From Lepidodermella squamata (taxonomy: Eukaryota; Animalia; Gastrotricha): a DNA stretch of 64,000 nt. The stretch lies in the NCBI GenBank assembly GCA_047495785.1, contig JBLDXI010000009.1, forward strand, positions 5,518,001 to 5,582,000. Direction: 5' to 3'. Below, piece by piece: positions 1-11,959 of the stretch; the stretch's first letter is position 1, and each line of letters starts with the position of its first letter. A program made the translations under genes and the position numbers. The notes under the pieces were generated by a model. It was not told the DNA's origin. It saw only the letters and a program-made list of their open reading frames with translations, and searched no databases.

Positions 1-183
1 AATACCGACCGTAAAAGTAAGCATGGTTGCTGAGGACGCTCGGTGTTTGAGTGACCAAGAACTGGCCCAACAACAGGATAGTTTCACGCAGTACATGACT
101 GGTAGAGCTATCAAACAACTAATTCATGTATATTTCTTCAATTTATAGTTTGTAGCTATTTCATCTTCATTTTCTCTCATTAG

Positions 184-3100
184 CCACCGCTTCACGGCCA
201 ACCGAGCCGAAAGCGAGCCGCAGAGGTTTCAGTTGATTTAGGGCGAGCAGCCTATGCCGAGTTGGTTCCAGTTGTTGAACGAGTTCAGGCAAGTGAATCA
301 GTGAGTCGAACTCAACCAAGCGAGCCAGTCAGTCGGACTAATGATTCTGATGAAGTGGTAAATCATAACAGACGTCAAAATCGCGCCAAAGCCAATAAAG
401 CGCCAGCAGATCTGGATCGGCCCAAGCCATCCGGTGTGAAGCGCGGGCCATACAGAGCTAGGGCGCTGAAGCCTCAATTCGTTGGTCCACACCTTCCGAA
501 CCAAAGGCCTTGGAGATGGTTGATGCCTAGCAGCAGACTAACACGCGTCAACAGTGTAATCGATCGAGCTCTAAAATTGGCCTGGCATAACCTTAAAACG
601 AATGAAGAGAGTCATTTTCCCGCTTACTGTGTAGAGCGAGCCAAATTGGTAACCACACTACGCTATATCGGCACAACTCGCGAACGTTACGTCGTCCGTC
701 GGATTTTTCCTCGATTATCGTCCGAAGAACATAAATCCACTGCACTAAACAAACACAAAAAGTGGGTATTAATGATGCTTTCCATGTATTTTTTAAATAT
801 AGGCAAATATATTCGCAAATTTCTCGACTGCTGGTATCGGGAAAAATACGCATTTTTTTAATATTTAATAAAAATTAGTAATTAATAAAAAAGTCATTAT
901 AAATTAAAAATTTCGGAACCTTACCTATTTGTTTCTGTTTCATATCAGCTTGGTATTGACTTGTGTGAGAAATGCAATATCGATTCGAAAAGCCAGACTG
1001 GCCTTGTCGAGCGTAACCAAGAAGGCAAAGATTGTTGTACTCGCCAAAGCTCGGAAACAGCTTAGAGGCGATTTTGTGGTAAAAGATCATCCAGACAATA
1101 AAGGTTCGTGCCTTGTGATGCAACAGGTGTGCGATAAGTTGTACGACTTGGGCTATATTCAACCGAGCGATAAGCCGTGCCTACTTAGGCTGATGGCTGA
1201 TGGTTCGCCTTCGCAAGGCTGGGGTCCTCCCACCGTAGCCGCTTCAATTTGTGTCGCAGACAAGAAAAGGAAGGTGGAGACAAAAGGTGATATTGTCGTA
1301 GGCTGTTATCGGGGGAAAGAATCGGCGACTAATTTCCAACGTTACTTCGGGGAACTTTTTCGGGACTTGGAAAGTTTGGTCGAAAATGGCTACATGCGGA
1401 GCGAGAAAGCCCAAAAAATCGCCATCAAGCTTGTTGTTTGCTGTGACTGGTCTGCAATGTATAAAGTATGTAAATAATGTTACTGATATAGCGGAAATAG
1501 GTCACCTTTCTTGTATTATAAGTTGCTCGGAGCTGGTTGTCCTAGTTCCAAGCATCCGTGCTTTGTCTGTAACTATCTCCAGCCGGCTAATCCCGCGCAG
1601 ACGCCGGAGGATTACTATCACACTCCATGTTCTACTCGCAACTATACGTTTGACGAGCTTACAGATGAATTACGAGCTTGTGGCCACGACAGTCGACCAT
1701 TACTTCCGCACTTGACAGCGGTGTGTTACTGGCCGTGCCTTCTTCACGCATTCGCAAGGCTGAGCGGTAGTTTGTTGAAAAACGTAAATTATCCATTGAT
1801 TTTCTTTCATTTCAACATCTCGATTTCAAACATTATTTCAGACGCTCAATGACATGCATCGTTTTCATCTGAATGAACAAATACCAGTGCTTATTGATCG
1901 AATGAAGTCCATCAGCAAGGGCATTGAAGTCGGTATGAACAAACAGAAGTACAAAGTTAGCGGAATCACCCATTCTGACATGGCTAAAGTGGCATGCGAA
2001 TTGTTGAAAAGCAGCAATTTTGGCGATTTGTTTACCATCGATCAATGGAGAATTCAGCACACAAACGCGTTCACCGCCGCAGACCTTCAAGTCTGGCTAG
2101 CCCAGCATCATGTAACAATTCCCAGCAATAATTTGAGAAAAGCCCAACTGGTTGAAATGGCCATCCAACACGGCTTCGTTGAACCAGATGTTAGTCTGTT
2201 GAATATACGATCAATCATATCGACGTAAATGCATACAATTATTTACCTTTCATAGATTGAACAGCAACTGAGAGCCAAAATAGCCGCTATCGACGAAATC
2301 TTCCCGTTGGCAGCTAAAATTTTCGATCTTTGTCTGAATCCACCCAAGCCGTGGGATCCAGCTAATAGGCAACTGTTCTATCGTTTTGGCACACTATTTC
2401 GAATTCTTTGCGAGAAAACGACACCTTATTGCCATAGTAATAACCCTATAATACGATTTCTTATAAATTAAATAAATATACAACGAATAATTCAAAAATG
2501 TCTTTATAATGTAGTGATGGAAACGCATATACCGGACTTATTGGCGGCAAATGTACCTCTCAATCGAATGTCCTCTGCTACAATGGAAATGATGATTAGG
2601 TTCATAAAACAGCACAATGCGGCTAGCTTTCAAGGCAAAAGCACTGCTCACCAGATGATGGAAAAAAGCGCAATTATTCTAAATAATATGCAAGACAGAT
2701 CAACCGACGAACAAAACTCAGCGAGTTACGTGCCTCTTCCTCAGTTCTACCAAAAACCGAAAAAGCTTTCTTTGAGAAGCTTAGGAATAAGCGATGATCA
2801 CAAACTTGTAATTTATCTATTTTGAAGACAGCATACCTTCTATTTCTTGATGTTCAATAAAGCCTCCTTCCGTCGCTGACCGACTGATAACAGCTGAGCC
2901 TTCGTCCTCTCGGGCGTCTGTGGCTTCAAGCCAACGCTCTGGACCTTTATCTTCTCGCCCTTCTGGTGCAGCACCTTCGTCGTGTCGCATTTCAGTGTCA
3001 TCCAGCCAAGACACTGGACAATCGTCTCAGGCTTTTTCGTGTCCGCGGCTTGACTTGACAAATGATGACGTTCCGCTTGCTGATTTCACAACAGCAGCTT

Positions 3101-3804
3101 CGTTGCCTCCCTCACAACTTGTTGGATGGGATGTGCCAGATGGTCACAGTGCTTTGATGGCGGAACTGCGGAATAGCCTCGCGTTTTCCGTGCTGTTAAC
3201 GCTGCTCGCGAACAATAACTGCGAGCTTCGAATGCTTCGCGGCGATGGGTTAGCACTCGATAATCTGCAATCTCGATGTACTTGCTATGTATATTATTGG
3301 CTAGGAATTGCTTGTTCAGGGCTCTGAGTGATCAGCTTCACGGAAGCGACTTTCGCCACGATGAGCTCAGGAAAATACTAATTGACTTCGAAGCCACCAG
3401 CGAACTTTTCGAAGACAAACGCCGCGGTGGTTATGTCGAAGGTGGGACATCCTTTAACGACCATCTGCAGCGAATGACCCAACCTGGCCAGTATGGCGGG
3501 AATGAGGAGATCAGAGCCTTCAGCTGCGTCTTCGAGCGCAATGTTTACGTGCACCATCCTCTTCGCTTTCCACTAGTACAGGATCGTACTCTGAAGGTGA
3601 GAAAATCGCGTGGCATTTCCAGGAGTTTAATCATTGCTACCGTTTCAGTTTTTCTTTGCGGATGGAGTACCTGAAGCGCATATCGTGTATGACGCAGAAC
3701 ATTTGCACTACTATTCGGTGCGTCCAGCAGGCGACATGAGTGGCAATCCGCCAAACCTTACCTTAATATTGCCGATTCCAGAAGTACTTCTCCCTATATT
3801 TTAA
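184..3804 (+). CDS. Intron-containing RAG1/Transib/Chapaev-like DDE transposase with internal SAP-like motif and C-terminal OTU protease domain (5' exons uncertain)
   Basis: Phase-compatible GT-AG splicing joins 949-1465, 1523-1783, 1842-2189, 2256-2436, 2515-2807, 2863-3248, 3305-3596 and 3649-3804 into one frame; exons upstream of 949 are unresolved. Motifs in RAG1 order: LMADG (D 1199-1201), CCDWSAMYK|LLGAGCPSSKHPCFVC (D 1445-1447 plus CxxC), PCLLH, TPYCH|MMETH (HxxxxH), SSATME (E 2586-2588). OTU motifs: RGDG|NCLFRAL and HYYSV. Confidence 0.72.
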
Positions 3805-6800
3805 CTGTTTATTATGAGGCAGTTCAAAGCTAAATGCTAAAATATGAATAAAATCGTGCTTCAACTACATATGATATGGCTTTTCATATTGCAAATGTTT
3901 AAACAGATCATGCAACATTGCTACAGCTGACGCCGGCAGCAAACAACAGCGGAAAGACAGCGTAAACCAGAAATCGCAACCGAAAACCAGGGCCCGCATT
4001 TTTCGCGCCAAATCGACGCTTTCCTATGACAACCTCATTCACAACACTGCGACAACACTAGCCAGAAATTTCATTTTCGAAAACGGCAACGCTAGCAGGG
4101 GTTTATTTATTGGATTTATATTTATTATTGAATGTTAATAATGATTTTCAATATTAAAAATTCGACCTTGAAATCCTGAATTGTGTCGATCCAAAGCTAC
4201 CATACTGGCGCCCTTAAACCAGCTGGGTGTTTTATGGCCCATGAATCAGTTTTTTTTATCCTCTGCTTGGCGCTGCAAGGCAGTAGGTTGTTGATCTTTC
4301 CATTGTATCTTGTCACCATGTTATTAGCTGAGTCGCTAAAACACTAAAGCGCAATCAGTAAACAATATTTCTGTATACTTTGTGCGTGTTAGCCGCACTG
4401 GAAGCATTCATGTCGTAGGCAACGTAGGTTAAGTCGTAGGTTAAGTGCTCCTGCTATGTTTTATATTTTCCGTATTGACTGTGTTTGATGATCGTAGTAA
4501 GTGTATTGAGCAGAATATGATTCGTAACTCATTACGGACTACCCTCGGGATTTTAAATTTTTTATTCGTGGTTAGTGAGCCGGTGGCACTTAGCAACTTG
4601 TTTCTGTGAGCTGTGAGGGTCTTGCAACCTTTCTCATTGTACAATACTTGGGAAATTCGCAGAGCTGTACATTTTGTAATTAGAGAAGTTGACGAGATGC
4701 TCTAAATAAGGGTGGATGCGAGGAATGTCAAGCTCAATTGCCGATCTGCTAAGATTTCTTCGAAAACTGTTATTTTCGCGTAGATTTTTTCTAGCTTGGC
4801 CCTTGACCGAACTCTTTGTCTTTCGTCTGTAGCATTTTGTTGGTAGAGTTTGCAAATTAGCTGTGTTATTCCTTTACTTATTCTTTACCCGCATAGCCGT
4901 TTATAATCATTGCTTAACAACCCACCGTTCATGTCCGCTATCTCTCAGTTACAAATGTTCACTAACCCTTCTATTTGGATACAATTATTATTATTTTTTT
5001 CATTAAAATACTAAATGTCGCTTACTAATATCCAGATGAATATTCATTTTATCTTCTAATTTATCTTCCCTGGCCTTGTCGAACTCGCCGAGCTAATCTA
5101 CTGTATATTACAAGCGTTTGTCTTGAATGTCGCGCTTCTCATGTTGTGAAATAATGTAGCTCACTCTACTAACGGATATGGCGGCGCCTGATCATCGCCT
5201 TTCAACGCTAGATTTATCAGTTTTAAGTAGCTATGCCAATGGGAGGCTCAAGTCAGCAATTTGGCACTGCTGATCTTGACCAACATAGGGCTCGAGGAAT
5301 TAAGCATTACACTGCGCCTTATGTCATGTACCACGTAATTAAAAACGATCATTTTACGGCGAATCCGTGATAAAATTGTTAAGATTTGCAAGCTGCTCTC
5401 AGATCTAGCAGTCTTTGAGAATATGTAAACTTTCACGGTGCAGCCATTGTATAATTTGCGCAAATTTCATGCGAATCGCAGGTTAAGGACCGGACTTATT
5501 GCGCTGTGTAGTTTTTTGTACTTATGGAGCACGCAATTTTTGTAACCACTCACGATTAGGGTGTAGGAGTTGTATCAAAACTATTGGATTTCTCCCATTT
5601 CCACTCATGTACATAGTAATGCATCAATTATCGATGTTACTGCAATCGTATTGGATATTCTCGAATTGGTGAAGTAGCGATTGCGCACTTGCGGTACTTT
5701 TTATTGTTAATAATTTGTCGTTTTCGAATGCATTTTTGCTTATCGTTATTTCTAATGAGAAGAAGTAGGTATCAGCCGAAAATACAAAGGCAGCAAGTGT
5801 TTTTGCAGTATTGTTTTGTGGTACCTTCGTAGTCTTTTTATTATATTCAGCGTTTGTTGTTGCTTATCTCACAGCATGGCATGGTTGTTATGAAATGGAT
5901 ACTCGGCAATGATTCATTCGTTTGATCGATCGACGCTCACACGCTGAGTCATCTGCTTGTATGTATCATAATAGGTATTTGATGTTTACAGCCGCGGCAT
6001 TTCGCGAAATCGTCAGTTTGATGAATCATGTAATATCAGAACAAAACAACGCATTCATCGCACGTCGCCGCGTCAAAAGGCCCTATTGAAATCGCGTGGC
6101 TAGAAGTTTGTCAGATCGCGTGTCTTATTTTAGGTCTCATCCAACCGCTGATTTGTGCATAAATTGTTCGCGGCGATGCAGATCACGAAGTTTAAACAGC
6201 TGTCGTATTTTTTATCACAGCGCGATGGTGCTGATGCTGCTGCTGATGATGATGATTATATCTTGCGTGAAACCTGCGTCGCTGCCAGCACAGACAGCTT
6301 TACGATCTGATTTATAGCAGTAGTCATGATTTGTTTACTAGACGGTGATTAGCCACCATTAATTCCGATTACCGGCGCAGTAATGATTCCGAACGGGCAG
6401 TCGGGTTCAACCGGGCCAGCTGCTGCGGCTCATCATCATCGTTCGGGGTCATCTTGTGGCCTGCTGCCTGCCCGGCCGCGAGTGAAAATGAGCAACATGC
6501 GTGTTTACACCGACGCCATTCATTCATTGAATTGAATTGATTGGCACGTGAATGGGCGGCGCGTGTGGCCGCGTTGTGTTTATAATCGTAATAGTACTGT
6601 TAAGAAGATAACGCGGCCAGATGCGCGCCTTGCTGCCCTCACCTTGGCCCTGGGCGCGCGTGTACACTATTTGCTCCGTGGTTCGCTTTTACGACCGCCG
6701 TGTTTACTGTGAATAGCCGAGATGCGCCTCCTCAAACCGTTTTCGATGTTTCGCTGTTTCGCGAAACAACAAGTTACTTACACACTGTTTCTATTTACAA

Positions 6801-9800
6801 GTACGGCGAGACGGGCTAAGCTACATATTTATACAATTTGCGTTAATACTTTGAACAACTTTCTATCGCGACATCAACCCGAAAAATCATATTTTAACAA
6901 GTTTTTGGAATAATATACTCATTTTGTTACCATCGAAAAGGGTGAATGCAAGTACTTGATGCGCTCTTCTTTCAATTTTGTAGTTTATTTCTCACAGAAA
7001 TGGTGAAATCCAACTAATATTTGGAGTTTAACTACTCTCAGTTTCTGTTATTTTTCTCTTATCAGATGGCAAATGAAAGCCGTAACCTGCCAGTTTCTTT
7101 AAATAGCTATTTGAAATGGCGTGGAATTGAAAATTACTTTGGAAATGTCAACAAGATTAAATCTTGTTCTTTCGCGACGTGATTTATATATATTTTTCAT
7201 TATTTATCATGAAATTCCTTGTTGGGCTATTAGTTATTCAAAATTTGGTTCCGGCTAAATGTAGCTATGTCCCATTTTATAATTCATCTGAAACATACGT
7301 TTTTCATTGCTCAAGTTTTGCTATAAAACCCATTTTAATTGTAGCTTTTTGCTTATCATTTTTTTTAAATTTTGCTAAATTCTCGGAATTCTCCACATCT
7401 GCGTTCTTCATCCGTAAATTGCCAGTCCCTCTTTTGGTTTATATTTTTTGATAGTATCACTATTATTTGTATCTAGTTGGCCGAGCGTAGGGTTTAGGTG
7501 CGTTACCGCAGTTGCTTTTTGTGGGTTCGCGTAACTTTGCGTGTAAAACGTTAACCTATTTGCTGCATTCACGCGAGTACTAACATATTATTGTTTTTCG
7601 AAGCGTTCGGAAGTGCACGAAAGCGTTTACTCAACGTGACTCACGCGCCACACATCGCTGTTTTTTCGCCATTCTGCACTGCGATAAGCAGCGAGCATCC
7701 ACTAACTAGAACCACGCTCGCTCGCTCGCTCGCTCGCAATTTGTGTTTTTGATTATTATCACGATTGGTCATTGAAAAACTGCGAGTAATAATTACCTGT
7801 CGATGGGCGTCGTCGTGGTCGTCGTCGCCGCGCTTCATTATTATTATTACTACTACCTATCAGTAATAAAAACAATGCCTGTGTGATTACAGCGCATAAT
7901 GAAGCAGCTTCAGCCACCGCTGTATTGTATATTGCAAAGTATTTTTTCCCGCTCTCGAGTTCAGCAGCCGGGCTTGGCTCGAGATCGCCCGTATTCATCT
8001 GTGCTCGCGAGCGTGTGCGTGTGTGTATAATAATAATATGTTATACTTGGAGAACTTTTGGTTTTATTACTTCCAGGGCTGTTATTTTTTTACTATGCGA
8101 TGGCCCCGGATAGATTTCACTGTGATCACCTTTTGGCTACTATTATTAGATGTTTTTTCAAGTGCTTTCCCCTGCCTGCCTATTGTATTGAGATGTTATA
8201 GGTAAATTAGTATGCCCTATTAGATAACAAGTGATGTTTTTCAATATTATTCCCAGCCATTATCTACCTTTAAAGGCTACGTTAACGTGTTTTGGCCGCA
8301 CTCGAGTTGTTTTTCTTCGGCTCAGATAAATTTCGAAGGAGTTCACGATATTCTTATCGATATATTCGTACTTACGCTATGCTTCAGCTTGATTCTTACG
8401 AATTCGGACCTAAATAAGTTATTTGTCTCCTCTAATTTGTTTCTTTAATTTTCCAAGACTTCTGAATCAGTTCCGAATTTTCAAGCTGACGTTTCAATTT
8501 CTGTCGCTTTTATAGGAAATTACAATTATCCTGATTTTTCCATGTCGATTCCCGCTTTCTGAAATAGGACGTTGGATTAGGAGAGAATTCGCACTCGGCC
8601 GTAAATTGGTATAAGTCGCAATTTTCACTCACATTTTTGAATATGCCTTTCAAAAGCTTGATCGATTCCATTGAGCTTCTTCTTGCAAGTTGAGTTTAAA
8701 TATTGTCATTTCAGTTATGTTCTTTGACATGGTGCGAACATGATTTGACCTCATAATGGCCTATTTTACGGGACAGTTTCATTTTTGGTACTTCTCAATT
8801 TACATATTTTTTAATTTCTACGAATTCCTGAGATTTTTTATTAAGCCAACAGCGGTGGGAATTTCGACTTGACGCGCTTGAGAAATGTTTGCCGTGGAAG
8901 GGGCTGCATTGATCATTATATTAGCGCTGATTTTCTATTATTTTTAAACCCGCTTTTGTCTGGTTAAATAATAATATTATGTTGAATATTCTTCTGGATT
9001 AATTTATTGCTCGATGATACATCATCCGGCCATTCATTGATACGCATCTATTCAATGGCAACGCGTGTTAGTATTTATTTATTTATTCATTCATTCGTCG
9101 TCGTCTTCATCGCTTGACAAGTCGGGGTGTCGAATTTTTCGCCTCTCGTCGTCACTGTATAATAAATAGTTACATCCGCGGTCGTTGCTATCCCCGGAGC
9201 AATGGCCGCGCTCGCTCGCTTGCTTGCTATGTACTTAGGCTACACTTATAATTATTCGACAATGGAGCCTAATTTAGTAGTCGTCGCAGCCGTATTAGAA
9301 GAACAAGACTAATCAATCGAGCAAGCGAGCGAGCGACGTCGTCGGTGTGGCCGGATGCCGTCGTCGCGCGGCGGCGGCGCCATCATTCGAAGCGCACGGC
9401 GCGCGCGCATATGTTGCGGCGCTATTAGATTTGACACTGCGTGCTATTAGAGTGATCGCAGTCGGCTGCGAATCGATCGCCAGTCACTCGGTCACACGTC
9501 GTCTTAGTTTTCAGCCATCATCATCATCAACATCAACAACAACAACAACAGCAGCGGCAAGGCTACACTGGCTCAGAAATTTGCGCGCAAACAACGCGCC
9601 GCGTCAGCCTTTTCAAGCCGGCGTCTCATCATCGTCGTCGTCGCCAGTTCGTTATAATAGCTGATTCGGTCGTGTGTCCCAGAATTAGTATGATCGCGCT
9701 TATTATAATTATTAGTATTACGGCTATTATTAGGTGTTATTGTTATTTCAACACGAGATCATTGCGAACATTATGCGAGCGGCAGTTTTGCGGTCGAAAA

Positions 9801-11959
9801 GTCGCTATTCTATCGACGAATCATTTTTCAAAATGTTCAACACATTTTTTCCTAATTAATCTAGGTTATTTAGAGGCTTTCATGTTCAGCAATCATAGAG
9901 CAAATTAACTTCATAATTCGATTTATAGCTTAGTTGTTTTCTCTTATAGCTCTTCTAGGCAAATCTAAAAATAGCGAAATTTACGTTTTTTCAATTTTTG
10001 CCGTATTTCAAACAATTTTTCTCAGCAATATTTTTCTGTAATCGCAGTTGAGAGTTCAAATTCTAGAACACACAATCAATTTTTTCGTTTTTCTTGTGCT
10101 ATTTATCTTGAATTTCTGGATGAATTTAACAACTTCGTTCGTTTTATAAATTTTACTCAGGGAAAAACTTATTTGAATTTGGGCTAAAATTTCATAAAAT
10201 CAAAGACTAATCAATGTGGACTGGAATGTAAACAATTAATAGGCTATTTATCTCAAATTTTCGAAGTATTTTGATTTGTACTTGGTTTTAGATTGACTTT
10301 GAATTCCTTAATTTATTTAACTTCTGTTCATTGATTTTTGTCTAAATTACAGAAAAAATGGTGCATCAAGGGCGATCTCGGTTTTTCGTCTCTATCAATA
10401 TTGATAAAATGGCAAATTTAATGACATCATTTTTTGCCGCTGTCATTATTTATTTTTCGTTATTCAAACATTTATTTACAGTGCAACCCTAACGTACACG
10501 ACGCCGCTCGATTTTTTGTGCATATTTAATTACCCTATAGAGTAATTTTGTCGGCTCAATTCGGAGAGAAATATCATTTCCACGTAATCACTTTACACCC
10601 GAATCTATCGGTTTTCGATTGATTATTTTTATTTTATTATTTTTGAGCTTGGGGAAATGAGCCGTATAATATTGTTGGTTCATATTACCGCAACAAGGGA
10701 GTGAGTGGCTAATAATGACAGCGCAGAGCGAAAAAAAGCAGGTTCTTTATTCACACCATCGATCGATCGATCGATCGACTGCTGGCTGGTTTTCACTGGA
10801 TTGATCGGATTATACTTATACACAGGCAAGCAAAAAGAGTGGTAGTAGCAGGCGCGTAGTGTTTTGTGTACAAATAAACGCGACAGAAGCTTTTTATCGA
10901 TTTCAACCGACCGACTGAGCGCAGTCATCGTTCGTAGGACGAACCGAAAGCTGTATATATACACAGAAATCGATCGATCGACCGACTAGTAGCGCGCTTT
11001 GTGTGTTTGTTATTACTCGGCGTCGTCGTCGTCGTTATTTCTCGCTCGCACAATGCATTCATGTGAATTCAGCAGCCTACTGTGTTTGGAAAGCACCCGC
11101 CCGCCCGCTCGCTGTGTTTAGGTAGAAGAGGCCGAACGCGCGTTGACCCGCGCGATGAACTTTGCGACATGCATATTTGAGTCATCATCATCGCGGCTGC
11201 GCACAAATTTCACTACTAGCAAGCACTAGCCGCTTTTAGGGCTAGGCAGCCAGCCTATGATCATTACTTGGCTGGCCGAGGCGCCAACAGACCGACCGAC
11301 CGGATGGATGCATGTCGCGCGTTTTATTATTGCCGGACATGATGAGGACGCGTGCGAGTATTGTTTTCGTAGATTGAAATAACACGAGTAATGAAGCCGT
11401 CGTCGCCGCTGGATTTCACGCGGCTAGATAAATTTCGGCGCACAATGCTCGCATAGGCTATTCATTCATTCATTTGTTCGGCCCGGCCATAATCACGATC
11501 ATCACGTTGTCAACACCTTTAAGTGCCTTCGATTTGCGGCGCGCCTGTTTAGATAAGCGCGACACGGCATTTTCGACCTGTTTTTATTTTACCCGCCTAT
11601 CTCTAGCTAATTCACGCCAAATATTTTGCTCATTTTTCAGAATCAACTTACCACGCATTTTGAAATTGATTGCTCTCTTGCGAAGACACTCTGTACATTT
11701 TAATTTTTCCGATTGATCAATTTCTGGGAATTCTCGAAATCCCACTTTGTTCCAATTTTGTGCTCAATCTTTCTCAATTTTCAAGTTGAAATGTTTCATT
11801 CATATTTTGTTCTTATTTTTGAATAGGTAAAAGCCTTTTTTAACATTGTATTTATTACTTAATTCTGCAGCAGTTTTACTACTCAATCTACTTGTTACGA
11901 CCGGCTTGTTTTAACCAGTTTTTTTTACGTCTTACAACACTACGCGATCATCATCATCG

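Noticed and set aside
3950-4220. Candidate right terminus of the transposase element (e.g. ...GGCGCCCTTAA near 4215)
   Set aside because: The matching left end would lie outside the window, so no TIR or TSD can be verified.
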